NCBI GenBank assembly: GCA_964402965.1
Contig: CAYODY010000003.1
Location: forward strand, 9,846-73,845
Reading direction: 5' to 3'
From: an uncultured Candidatus Saccharibacteria bacterium
GTDB taxonomy: Bacteria; Patescibacteriota; Doudnabacteria; UBA920
Length of the DNA stretch: 64,000 nucleotides
Translations under genes and position numbers: made by a program
Notes under the pieces: model-generated
Told to the model about the DNA's origin: nothing
The model's input: only the letters and a program-made list of their open reading frames with translations
Databases searched by the model: none
Shown here: positions 28,056 to 36,601 of the stretch, piece after piece
How the letters are laid out: each line of letters opens with the position of its first letter
Position numbering within the stretch: position 1 is the first letter of the stretch

Positions 28056-29705
28056 TTATCTGTGTCGGATATGGTCAGCGTAATAGCTTAGAGTTGCATC
28101 CGTTTTTTTGTGAGGATTGAAGATGTTTAATGGGTCAAAGATGTGCTTTGTTTGTTTGAAAAGTTCGTAAATCTTGGGTCCAAACATAAATTCAAGAAAT
28201 GCACCTCGGACAATTCCGTCATTATGTTCAGCACTCATAGAACCTCGAAAATCTTTCACTAATTGAAAAACCTCGTTACTCATTTGAATTATTTGTTCGC
28301 GATGTCTTTCTTCGCTTACATCTACTAGGGGAATGACGTGGAAGTTGGCATCGCCGGCGTGACCCGCAATAGTGTAGACAAAGTCAGGATATTTGGCGAT
28401 AATTGCGTCTAACTGTGGTAAGAAAATTGGCAGTTGATCTGTGTGGACAATTATGTCTTCTATGAAAGGTGCGGAAAGTTTGCGGGCATTGTGTTTCATT
28501 AACAAGTTGTAACTCTCTCGTCGAATGGTCCAATATTTTTGAGATTCTTCAAAACTTTTTGTAATATGCGTTGGGAGATTAAAGAATTCGCGAATATTGC
28601 TTTCTGCCATTTGCGCTTGTCTCATTACACTGGCTTCATCTTCACCGCTGAATTCTGCAAGTAAAACAATTTTAGGTAGTCCTCCCCAAAGAGACATCCA
28701 AATTTCAGGTAAGAATTGCCAAAGTAATTTAAGCCAAGACAGGTTGTAACCTTTGCGCATCTTCTCAATTATTTCAGGCAAATATTTCAATGCAAGTTTA
28801 ATTGTGTGTTCATCAAAAATCTCAAAACTTTCTGGACGAAGTTCCTTCACGTGCGAAACGATTTGACCTAGATCTTTAATTTCAGACAGGAAGAAGACAA
28901 CTAGTTTGCTGTGTCTTTCAATTGGAACAATCCGCCACTTGATTTTAGTAATAATTCCTAATGTACCTTGGCTTCCTACGAAAAGCTTGGTTAAGTCAAA
29001 GGTTGTTCCATCCCAAACATCCCACAAATAGTACCCAGATGAATTTTTAGATGTTGTCGGTTTGGCTTCTTTAATAATTTTATAGTTACTTTGAATTAGC
29101 TCATATATCTCTCTGTAGAATTTACCTTCAAAGTTTTGTAGTGCCATTTTGGCTTTTAGTTCTTGTTCACTCAAAGGTTTTATGGTGTAAACTTTGCCAT
29201 CAGAAAGAACGACTTCAAGCTCTTGTACAAAATTTTTGACCTGACCGTACTTTAATGTTTTTTCCCCAGCGGCGTTATTACCAACCATTCCACCAACCGC
29301 AGCCCAGTTTTTAGAAACAGGGTAGGCGGGCATCATTCTATTGTGCGAAGTAAGTTTGACTTCAAGGTCGCGGAACATAACACCTGCCTCGGTAACAACA
29401 CTTGTTTCTGTTAAGTTAGAAATCCCATTCAGAGTACGAGACATCTTTAAAATAATTGAGTCATTAATGCTTCCACCTGTCATATCTGTTCCACCACCCC
29501 TAGCTGTTATGGAAAGCTCTGGTTGTTCTGCTTTGTGTAATGTTACATACTTAACTAACTCACAGATGTCTGTTGTGTCACGTGGGAAGGCGATAGCTGT
29601 TGGAGCAATTTGAAAAATACTCGCGTCGCGACTGAATTCTTCTAAGCTTGCTTCGTGAGTTGTAATTTCGCCTTTAAAATTTTGTTTCAGACCAGTTAAG
29701 TCCAT
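28056..29705 (-). CDS. FAD-linked oxidase (FAD_binding_4 with C-terminal FAD-oxidase domain; GlcD / D-lactate dehydrogenase-like)
   Basis: ARGGGTDMTGGS FAD-binding motif. About 550 aa, two-domain architecture. Confidence 0.7.
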   Translation of the reverse strand: MDLTGLKQNFKGEITTHEASLEEFSRDASIFQIAPTAIAFPRDTTDICELVKYVTLHKAEQPELSITARGGGTDMTGGSINDSIILKMSRTLNGISNLTETSVVTEAGVMFRDLEVKLTSHNRMMPAYPVSKNWAAVGGMVGNNAAGEKTLKYGQVKNFVQELEVVLSDGKVYTIKPLSEQELKAKMALQNFEGKFYREIYELIQSNYKIIKEAKPTTSKNSSGYYLWDVWDGTTFDLTKLFVGSQGTLGIITKIKWRIVPIERHSKLVVFFLSEIKDLGQIVSHVKELRPESFEIFDEHTIKLALKYLPEIIEKMRKGYNLSWLKLLWQFLPEIWMSLWGGLPKIVLLAEFSGEDEASVMRQAQMAESNIREFFNLPTHITKSFEESQKYWTIRRESYNLLMKHNARKLSAPFIEDIIVHTDQLPIFLPQLDAIIAKYPDFVYTIAGHAGDANFHVIPLVDVSEERHREQIIQMSNEVFQLVKDFRGSMSAEHNDGIVRGAFLEFMFGPKIYELFKQTKHIFDPLNIFNPHKKTDATLSYYADHIRHR

Positions 29706-29745
29706 ACATGTATTATATCAGATTAAATGCTATAATTGTTCATAT

Positions 29746-30270
29746 ATGTCGATAAAACATTCTAAAAAAACAAATTCAGTTGAAACTATATCAGAACGTT
29801 TCACTCAGTGGGTTGGTTCGCCAGCTTCAATTTTTGTTCATACCATATTGTTTATTTCTGCTTTTGCATTAGTTCTGTTTGGTGTTGAATTCGACTCAGT
29901 GCTATTAATTCTTACAACTGCAGTTTCTTTGGAAGCAATTTATTTGGCATTGTTTATTCAAATGTCGGTAAACAAAAACACTCGCAGTTTGGCAGACGTG
30001 GAGGAAGACATTGAAGAGATCGCTGAAGACGTTGAAGGTATTGAAAAAGATATTGATGAAATTCAGGAAGACGTTGAAGGTATTGAAAAAGATATTGATG
30101 AAATTCAGGAAGACGTAGACGAAATGCAAGAAGACGTTGAAGAGATTGAAAAAGACAATGAAGAAGATGATCTTCACGATGCCGCGACTATGAAAACACT
30201 AAATACATTACAAACATACATTCAAAAGTTAATGGAAGACATTCAAACTTTGAAGGATCAGAAGAAGTAA
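29746..30270 (+). CDS. DUF1003-family membrane protein with an acidic coiled-coil tail containing a perfect tandem duplication
   Basis: N-terminal DUF1003-like two-TM region (FTQWVGSPASIFVHTILFISAF). C-terminal EDVEGIEKDIDEIQ appears twice. Confidence 0.5.
   Translation: MSIKHSKKTNSVETISERFTQWVGSPASIFVHTILFISAFALVLFGVEFDSVLLILTTAVSLEAIYLALFIQMSVNKNTRSLADVEEDIEEIAEDVEGIEKDIDEIQEDVEGIEKDIDEIQEDVDEMQEDVEEIEKDNEEDDLHDAATMKTLNTLQTYIQKLMEDIQTLKDQKK
30025..30108 (+). repeat. Perfect 42-bp tandem duplication (two copies) inside the DUF1003 gene
   Basis: gaagacgttgaaggtattgaaaaagatattgatgaaattcag at 30025..30066 is repeated exactly at 30067..30108. Confidence 0.8.
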
Positions 30271-30279
30271 ATTGAAAAT

Positions 30280-30308
30280 TTAAAACACTGGCAATGCCAG
30301 TGTTTTTA
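30280..30308. terminator. Bidirectional terminator (AACACTGGCA-atg-CCAGTGTT-T5)
   Basis: Perfect hairpin between convergent DUF1003 and ABC transporter genes. Confidence 0.7.
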
Positions 30309-30317
30309 AAATACGAA

Positions 30318-32060
30318 TTATATAGTTGAAACCTGCTGTCTCCATAGCGCAGAGTACAAACCATTCTTCGCAATGAGCTCATCGTGAGTGCCTTGTTCTG
30401 CAAGTTTACCTTTTTCTAATACATAGATTGTATCAGCATGCACAACAGTAGAAAGTCTGTGAGCAACCAAAATGCGAATTAAGTTTGGACGAGATTTTTC
30501 AATTTCTTTTATTGTTTGAGTTATGGATTCTTCTGTGATTGAATCGAGAGAAGAAGTTGCTTCGTCAAAAATTAAAATATCTGGATCTCGAAGTAGTGAA
30601 CGGGCGATAGCCAAACGTTGTTTTTCGCCACCAGAAAGTTTCAAACCACCTTCACCGATTTTGGTGTCTAAACCTTCACCGCCACGTTCGAGTAAACTAT
30701 GTGCGCTTGCAGAATGCAATGCTGATTCGCATTCTTCGTCTGTCGCTGTTGGTTTAACAAAGAGTAAATTATCGCGAATTGTTCCAGAGAAAAGTTGGGT
30801 GTCTTGTGCAACTAAACCAACTCTGTTTCTTAATGAAACTAAATCAATTTCATTGCTCGGTACACCATTGAATAAAATTCTACCTTCAGTGGGTTGATAC
30901 AAACCAACCGTTAACTTAATGGTAGTAGATTTACCACTTCCAGATGGTCCAACAAATGCAATTGTTTTTCCTGCTTTTACGTTTAAGCTCAAATTGTGTA
31001 GTGCATGAGTGTTGCCAGTACTATAACCGAATGAAACATTGTCGAAAGTAATATCTTTAATGGCTCCAACAGGTTTTGGGTTTTCTGGTTGTTTGTCCGG
31101 CTGTTGGTCTAGAATTTCTTGAAGTTTTTCTAATGAAGCCTTGGTTTCTCCGTAACTAGTAGCAACATCTCCAAGTTGGCCAAGTGGTGAGAAGATGAAG
31201 AAAGTATAAATTTGCAGAGTGAAAAATTCACCAACAGTAAGTTTACGTTCAAAAATTAAGTACAACATCACTAACAACATCAAAGCACGAATTCCATTAA
31301 TGATTGTACCTTGTAAAAAACTGTATAGACGAATTAATCTAACTTTTTTTAACTCAAGTTTTAGTATTGCAGAGTTAGTATCGTTTAGACGTTTAATTTC
31401 CTGACCTTCTAGACCGAGTGATTTAACTAGTTCAACATTGCGCAATGTCTCGGTGGTGGAACCTGCTAGTGCTTGAGTTTCTGCCACAATTGGAGTTTGA
31501 GCAGATTTAATTTTTCGAGTGATGTAGTAACTAGAAACTGCAAGGGTAGGGATGGTTAGAAAAAACATCAAACCAACAATCCAGTGAACTATTGTTGCAT
31601 ACACTAGAACAAATAAAATTCCAATAACAGAAACATATAGCAAGCCTATGGCAAAGTTTAAAAACTTTTGGGAATCATTGCGAGCAGAAGTTAATTTAGA
31701 AAGGAACTCTCCAGATCTTTGATCTTCAAACACAGAGTATGAGAGTGAGAATGAATGAGTCACACTGTCAGCATACATTTTAGCTCCAAGACGTTGAGTA
31801 GTAACGTTGGTGTAATAGTCTTGAAAGTTTTTTGCAACACGAGAAATAAAAGCAATTCCAATAGAAGCAAGTAAAAGCAAAATTACTCCTTGAAAGAAAT
31901 CTGTCCTACTTAGTTTGTCATAGTTTGATACATATTTGTCTACGATTATACGGAAAATCTGAGGGTCAGCCAAAGAGAATACTTGGTTTACTGTTGCTAA
32001 TACTAAAGCACCGCTCAGTAATCCTTTATAGTTTTTTAAATAGTTCCAAAGTAAGCGCAT
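30318..32060 (-). CDS. ABC transporter, fused permease/ATP-binding exporter (MsbA/type I exporter-like)
   Basis: Six-TM N-terminal domain. Walker A GPSGSGKST, ABC signature LSGGEKQR, Walker B ILIFDEATS. Confidence 0.85.
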   Translation of the reverse strand: MRLLWNYLKNYKGLLSGALVLATVNQVFSLADPQIFRIIVDKYVSNYDKLSRTDFFQGVILLLLASIGIAFISRVAKNFQDYYTNVTTQRLGAKMYADSVTHSFSLSYSVFEDQRSGEFLSKLTSARNDSQKFLNFAIGLLYVSVIGILFVLVYATIVHWIVGLMFFLTIPTLAVSSYYITRKIKSAQTPIVAETQALAGSTTETLRNVELVKSLGLEGQEIKRLNDTNSAILKLELKKVRLIRLYSFLQGTIINGIRALMLLVMLYLIFERKLTVGEFFTLQIYTFFIFSPLGQLGDVATSYGETKASLEKLQEILDQQPDKQPENPKPVGAIKDITFDNVSFGYSTGNTHALHNLSLNVKAGKTIAFVGPSGSGKSTTIKLTVGLYQPTEGRILFNGVPSNEIDLVSLRNRVGLVAQDTQLFSGTIRDNLLFVKPTATDEECESALHSASAHSLLERGGEGLDTKIGEGGLKLSGGEKQRLAIARSLLRDPDILIFDEATSSLDSITEESITQTIKEIEKSRPNLIRILVAHRLSTVVHADTIYVLEKGKLAEQGTHDELIAKNGLYSALWRQQVSTI

Positions 32061-32078
32061 AATTTTGGGTTAGATTAA

Positions 32079-32864
32079 TTATTTTGAAATGATGATGAGT
32101 TCTTTTTTTGTCTCGTCAACGGTATTTGTAGTATGATCCCAATCTGCTGCTGCAGAATAAAGTGTTTCGTATTTGTATTGGTAATTTTCTCCAAACTTTG
32201 TGCCTGGGTCGTTAGTTATAAAATTATCTGCATTCCATCCTGTAATAACTAACATGTGATGAATTGGGCCAGGGGATTTAAAATGCGGATTTTTAAGTAG
32301 TCTACCGTTGAATGAAACAAGAACTAATTTGTTTTCAGTAAGTGCTTTTTTAATAGTATTTTCTTCAAGAGGTTTCAGCTCTGTTTTTAAACCGTAAACC
32401 AATTCTATCATCTTTGCTACTTCTAACGAAGTTTGGTCTAAATGAAATCCTTGGTTGGTATCTTGCCACTCAGTGAGTTTTGCAATTTCTTTTTCTACAG
32501 TTTCTGCAGTGAGGTTGGGAATTTTGTTGAAATACGCGTTTGCCATAATTGCTGTGGTTTCTTCGCAGGCTTCGTTGTGGAGTTCATCCCAATTTGCTGT
32601 TGGCGCTTGGGTTGTGAATGGAACTTTAATTAGTAGAGAAGCGGGGATTGTGTTTGAAACATCGGAGTTTGTTTTGCCAGTTGATGAATTCGCAGTAGAT
32701 GTGTTCGTTTGGTTATCACTTGGTTTTTCGTCTGGGGTATTGTAAGTAACTCCTACTTTAGGAGTAGGGTTGGGTAATGTTTGCTGTCTTTTGTAAAGAA
32801 AAAATCCACCTATGGATACAATTACCAAAACAGAAAGAACAGAAATGTTTCTTTTTGAAAACAT
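32079..32864 (-). CDS. C39-like cysteine peptidase domain protein (Peptidase_C39_2-like), membrane-anchored
   Basis: N-terminal TM helix, S/T-rich linker, then VPFTTQAPTANWDELHNEACEETTAIMANAYF, which resembles the C39-like papain-fold N-terminal Cys region. Later His (HHMLVITGWN). Confidence 0.45.
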   Translation of the reverse strand: MFSKRNISVLSVLVIVSIGGFFLYKRQQTLPNPTPKVGVTYNTPDEKPSDNQTNTSTANSSTGKTNSDVSNTIPASLLIKVPFTTQAPTANWDELHNEACEETTAIMANAYFNKIPNLTAETVEKEIAKLTEWQDTNQGFHLDQTSLEVAKMIELVYGLKTELKPLEENTIKKALTENKLVLVSFNGRLLKNPHFKSPGPIHHMLVITGWNADNFITNDPGTKFGENYQYKYETLYSAAADWDHTTNTVDETKKELIIISK

Positions 32865-32874
32865 AAATTTTAGA

Positions 32875-33570
32875 TTAAAGAATATCCGACTTTTTTATTT
32901 CTATGTAAGTCCCAGGTTCAATTTTCGGAAGTTCTAGTTTATTAATTCGAATGCGTTTTAGATTTACCACTCCAAGTCCTACTGCTTGGAACATACGACG
33001 AATCTGTCTTTTTTTACCTTCATGTACGGTAATATAAACTTTTCCGGAACGTTGTTTAACTTTAGCAGGGGACGTAAGTCCTGTTGGGAGTTCTACTCCT
33101 GAACGGAGCTTTTCAAGTTGAGTTGGTTTTGGGACAGCATCTGGAATAACTTCGTATTCTTTATCGTGCTCGTATTTAGGATGTGCGAGTTGTTGAGTTA
33201 AATCCCCATCGTTAGTAAGGATAAGCAATCCTTCGGTATCGTAATCCAAACGTCCAACATTGTGGACTTTGCTGCGAAGGTCATCTGGAAGTAATGAGAA
33301 AACAGTTTTGCGACCGTTTGGATCGGACTTGCTTACAACAACACCTTTTGGTTTGTTCATTGCGATGTATATTTTGCGTGTAAGTTTTTGGCCGGGTTTA
33401 TTTACAATTTTCCCATAAACTTTTATTTCATCTGTTTCAGGATCAACTTTGTCACCAAGCTTGGCACGATGACCGTTAATAGAAACTTGGCCAGATTTAA
33501 TAAACTCCTCAGCCTTTCGACGAGAAGCAATTCCTGCTGAGCTTAGAAATTTTTGTACGCGTTCTTGCAT
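32875..33570 (-). CDS. rluB: Pseudouridine synthase, RsuA/RluB family
   Basis: N-terminal S4 domain (RVQKFLSSAGIASRRKAEEFIKSGQVSING) and catalytic motif VGRLDYDTEGLLILTNDG. Confidence 0.8.
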   Translation of the reverse strand: MQERVQKFLSSAGIASRRKAEEFIKSGQVSINGHRAKLGDKVDPETDEIKVYGKIVNKPGQKLTRKIYIAMNKPKGVVVSKSDPNGRKTVFSLLPDDLRSKVHNVGRLDYDTEGLLILTNDGDLTQQLAHPKYEHDKEYEVIPDAVPKPTQLEKLRSGVELPTGLTSPAKVKQRSGKVYITVHEGKKRQIRRMFQAVGLGVVNLKRIRINKLELPKIEPGTYIEIKKSDIL

Positions 33571-33583
33571 TTATAGTTAAGTA

Positions 33584-33928
33584 TTAAAACGTTATAGACG
33601 TATATGGGTGAGAATTATAGTAAGTAACAAAAAGTGAAAATACGACGATAATAATGATTAATAACCAGATCATGGTGTAGCCAAGAAAATAAATTGATTC
33701 GGTTTTCATCCCGTTCAAAAAAAGATAGACTGGACGGCCAAAAACTAAAATCGCCATAACAGCGGCGGAGAATACTAATAGTAGAAGGACGGGAATGATT
33801 GTTCCAAAACCATCTGGTCCTGGGAGTATAGTATTAAGTGCTTGAATAAATAAACCAATAGCAACTATGTATGCAAGCACACCGAGTGCGTGCAGTAAGC
33901 TATAAAAAATAATTTTAGATTTACTCAT
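33584..33928 (-). CDS. Small polytopic membrane protein (3-4 TM)
   Basis: Hydrophobic profile only. Confidence 0.4.
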   Translation of the reverse strand: MSKSKIIFYSLLHALGVLAYIVAIGLFIQALNTILPGPDGFGTIIPVLLLLVFSAAVMAILVFGRPVYLFLNGMKTESIYFLGYTMIWLLIIIIVVFSLFVTYYNSHPYTSITF

Positions 33929-33941
33929 GTTTAAGTTTTAG

Positions 33942-33974
33942 TGGTGGCTCCGACTGGGATCGAACCAGTGACCC
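33942..33974 (-). other. Orphan tRNA 3' fragment (T-arm plus acceptor 3' strand plus CCA). No matching 5' half within a tRNA length.
   Basis: Reverse complement GGGTCACTGGTTCGATCCCAGTCGGAGCCACCA has a perfect T-stem/loop and acceptor 3' strand. The preceding 45 nt are AT-rich and cannot form the D or anticodon arms. Confidence 0.55.
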
Positions 33975-34005
33975 TATTATCTTATCATTTATTTTTTATT
34001 TTGTA

Positions 34006-34034
34006 TTGATAGGGTTAGAACCATATGATATAAT
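34006..34034 (+). promoter_or_regulatory. Consensus sigma-70 promoter TTGATA-N17-TATAAT driving a leaderless HNH endonuclease mRNA
   Basis: Perfect -10, near-perfect -35, 17-nt spacer. ATG 34041 lies 6 nt after the -10. Confidence 0.55.
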
Positions 34035-34040
34035 CCTTTT

Positions 34041-34352
34041 ATGCCTTATAAAAGACGAGAAGATTTATATGCTGCGCAGAAAAGACATAGACAAAGAGTT
34101 CGCGCACAGCTATTTGAGTTCTTGTCTACTCAATCGTGCATTGATTGTGGAGAAAATGATCCAATTGTGTTAGAATTTGACCATGTTAATGGTAAGGATA
34201 AATTTAAGGATGTTTCAAAATTATTATCTGGACATTATTCATGGTTAACAATACAACGCGAGATAGTAAAATGTGAGATTAGATGTGCTAATTGCCATCG
34301 TAGAAAATCTTATATTGAATCTAATTCGTGGGGTAGAAGCATGCCCCTGTAG
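34041..34352 (+). CDS. HNH homing-type endonuclease
   Basis: CIDCGENDPIVLEFDHVNGKDK ... CANCHRRK shows the HNH motif with zinc-binding Cys pairs. Its 3' end overlaps tRNA-Arg(TCT) by 10 nt. Confidence 0.7.
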   Translation: MPYKRREDLYAAQKRHRQRVRAQLFEFLSTQSCIDCGENDPIVLEFDHVNGKDKFKDVSKLLSGHYSWLTIQREIVKCEIRCANCHRRKSYIESNSWGRSMPL

Positions 34353-34417
34353 TTAAATGGATATAACTGCGGACTTCTAAGCCGCTATTCGTGGTTCGAT
34401 TCCACGCGGGGGCACCA
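34343..34417 (+). tRNA. tRNA-Arg (anticodon TCT), CCA encoded
   Basis: GCCCCTG-TA-GTTAAATGGATATAAC-T-GCGGA-CTTCTAA-GCCGC...GTGGTTCGATTCCACG-CGGGGGC-A-CCA. Confidence 0.75.
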
Positions 34418-34423
34418 TAGAAA

Positions 34424-34453
34424 AAACTAAAAACGCCTGATGGCGTTTTTTTA
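34424..34453. terminator. Bidirectional terminator (A-run, AACGCC-tga-TGGCGTT, T7) between convergent tRNA genes
   Basis: Hairpin flanked by A-run and T-run. Confidence 0.6.
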
Positions 34454-34463
34454 AATATTAGGC

Positions 34464-34540
34464 TGGTGCACCCGACAGGATTCGAACCTATGACCTCCCG
34501 CTCCGCAAGCGGACGCTCTATCCAGCTGAGCTACGGGTGC
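34464..34540 (-). tRNA. tRNA-Arg (anticodon reads GCG, G37), CCA encoded
   Basis: Reverse complement reads GCACCCG-TA-GCTCAGCTGGATAGAGC-G-TCCGC-TTGCGGA-GCGGG...GGTTCGAATCCTGT-CGGGTGC-A-CCA. Acceptor and D-arm nearly identical to the tRNA-Arg(TCG) at 3328..3404. Confidence 0.7.
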
Positions 34541-34576
34541 GCATTTCAATTTAACTTCTATATTTTAATGAATTTT

Positions 34577-35611
34577 TTAATTTTTGGCAAGTGGTTGAGC
34601 TAAGAAATTTTTAATCACTTTTTCAACATCATCTGCATTTTTGCATTCATATAATTGATTTCGAACTTCAGCAGCACCAGTAAAACCAGCTACGTATGCT
34701 TTAAAATGGCGTTTCATTATGTCGAAAGGTTTTATTCCATCAAACATCTTTTCATAGAGTTTTGTATGTTCAAGTAAGACTGAAAGTTTTTCTTCTAAAG
34801 ATGGGGGATTGCCGCTTGCTTCTGAACGCCCTACGTTGAACAAAAACGGGTTACCAAAAATTGCCCTTCCTAACATAACACCATCACAGCCAGTTTCTTT
34901 TACAAGAGCTTGTGCGTGCTCTATGTCTTTCACATCACCATTACCCAAAATAACAGGACGAGTTTCTAGAGTAGTGTGCTCATTAATGAATTTGATTATT
35001 TTCGGCATCTCTTCCCAATGTGCATCTACTTTAGACATTTCTTTTCGAGTACGTAAATGAATGGCAATTGCTGCTGGCTCTGCTTCTAAAAGTTTCAAAA
35101 TCCAATTTTCCCAATTTATATTTGTATCACCAATGCGAATTTTAACAGAAACAGGAATCTTTGGCGCACCTTCTTTACAAGCTAAAATAATTTCTTTAGC
35201 ACGTTCAGGAGTTCTAAATAGTCCAGCACATGAACCACCTTTAACAGCATTTTTTTCTGGACAACCCATGTTAATATCTACACCATCATATCCCAAATCT
35301 TGAATAAGTTTTGAAACTTCTTTGAATTTTAGTGGATCACTTCCAAAAATCTGCGCAACAATTGGATGTTCAGTTTTTGAGAATTTTAAATAGTGCATGA
35401 CTTTGTCGTGACCTTTTTCAGAAACCAAAGCTTCTGTTGAAACGAACTCTGTGTAGAACACATCTGGTTTTCCGTACTTTGCAATAATCTGTCGAAAAGC
35501 CGCATCTGTTACGTCATGCATTGGTGCGAGAACAAACATTGGTTTTTTAGATTTTGCCCAAAAATTATTATCATTCACTTTTGTAGTTTTTCCTGCATTC
35601 TTCTTAGCCAT
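34577..35611 (-). CDS. dus: tRNA-dihydrouridine synthase (Dus family)
   Basis: FVLAPMHDVTDAAFR, DINMGCP with catalytic Cys, and TIM-barrel FMN motifs. Confidence 0.8.
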   Translation of the reverse strand: MAKKNAGKTTKVNDNNFWAKSKKPMFVLAPMHDVTDAAFRQIIAKYGKPDVFYTEFVSTEALVSEKGHDKVMHYLKFSKTEHPIVAQIFGSDPLKFKEVSKLIQDLGYDGVDINMGCPEKNAVKGGSCAGLFRTPERAKEIILACKEGAPKIPVSVKIRIGDTNINWENWILKLLEAEPAAIAIHLRTRKEMSKVDAHWEEMPKIIKFINEHTTLETRPVILGNGDVKDIEHAQALVKETGCDGVMLGRAIFGNPFLFNVGRSEASGNPPSLEEKLSVLLEHTKLYEKMFDGIKPFDIMKRHFKAYVAGFTGAAEVRNQLYECKNADDVEKVIKNFLAQPLAKN

Positions 35612-35612
35612 A

Positions 35613-35650
35613 ACTCATATTTTAACTGAAAATTGATAAATAAAAAAGTG
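35613..35650 (-). terminator. Intrinsic terminator after the GC-rich secreted-protein gene (AGTGGCATGCAAACGCAAGCCACT then T6 on the minus strand)
   Basis: Hairpin plus T-run read on the minus strand, downstream of the stop at 35692. Confidence 0.5.
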
Positions 35651-35691
35651 GCTTGCGTTTGCATGCCACTGACTAAATTAGCTCGTGAAAA

Positions 35692-36510
35692 TTATTTTCC
35701 AACTCTGAACATAAACCCGTACTGGATTTTATTTTTTTCCATCCCCTCGAAATGATGAGGTTGGTTAAATAAATGGGAGTATCCAATTCGAGGGCCGACT
35801 CGTAAACCCAGAAGAGGGAACAAGCAAATTGCATCAGCTTTGAATGAAAATCTACGCCCAGAAAGGAGTGCTCCAGTGTCGGCAATAAATTGTCCACCAA
35901 ATTCCATCTCAATTTTTCGGAACTCGGTGTTCATTTCAACGCCGGACCTGGATACAAGACCAGATTTCACAAAGTTGTTGCTAGATTCAGTTGGAACATA
36001 CCAACTCAAGTTGGAGAACGGTTTAATGCTACTATGTTCCTTATTCAGGAAGGTTTTGCTAATCTCGCCGCCGACAGTCGCGTACGAAAAATTTTCCGAC
36101 TTGTAGAAACTGCCAACAGCAGAGATGTCGAACTCCCGAAGCTTCCGTGTTGCAGAGAGCTCTACAGCGCCGAAGCTGTTTGAAAAATTTCGATCTTTCG
36201 GTACTGCTAAGCTTACGCCAATTCGAAATGTGTACTTGGCGTGCTTCTTCGTTTCAAGATTTGCTTGAATGAGGGATTGGTTGTAAATAACCCCGCCTTC
36301 TATCAAGCCAATACTGTTAGGAGCTTCGAATGAGTTGACGTATCCAGAATCATTTCTGAAAGTCCAGAACAGGGGTTTCTTTTTCTTCTCCTGTTTTCTT
36401 TCCGTTTCGACCGTTGTGATTGTTGTTTCCTGGCAATGGCCATTGAGAGTGCTGAAAATCGAAAACAACAACGCAACACAAATTAACGCGATCAAAGTAG
36501 TTTTTTTCAC
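35692..36510 (-). CDS. Secreted beta-rich hypothetical protein (signal peptide), GC-rich island
   Basis: Signal peptide MKKTTLIALICVALLFSIFSTLNG. About 50% GC. Alternating hydrophobic pattern suggestive of beta strands. Confidence 0.5.
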   Translation of the reverse strand: MKKTTLIALICVALLFSIFSTLNGHCQETTITTVETERKQEKKKKPLFWTFRNDSGYVNSFEAPNSIGLIEGGVIYNQSLIQANLETKKHAKYTFRIGVSLAVPKDRNFSNSFGAVELSATRKLREFDISAVGSFYKSENFSYATVGGEISKTFLNKEHSSIKPFSNLSWYVPTESSNNFVKSGLVSRSGVEMNTEFRKIEMEFGGQFIADTGALLSGRRFSFKADAICLFPLLGLRVGPRIGYSHLFNQPHHFEGMEKNKIQYGFMFRVGK

Positions 36511-36601
36511 AATCCATGTCCTCCTTGGGGATGTCGAAATATTAGAACTAAGTCTAATTATATTCTTTCATTTGGGGGCGTCAAGTTGTAAATTTTAAGA
36601 A

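Noticed and set aside
33942-34040. Idea that the tRNA 3' fragment is the 3' exon of an intron-containing tRNA whose intron encodes the HNH gene
   Set aside because: The HNH gene is on the opposite strand to the fragment. No 5' exon (the ...CGGAGCC complement) is found within several hundred nt, and intact tRNAs flank the HNH gene instead. A remnant or att-like duplication is the better explanation, but an Infernal scan should still be run.
35840-36183. Plus-strand ORFs 35840..36106, 35890..36183 and 36335..36598 opposite the GC-rich secreted-protein gene
   Set aside because: Antisense to a gene with a signal peptide and terminator. Elevated GC lengthens random ORFs.
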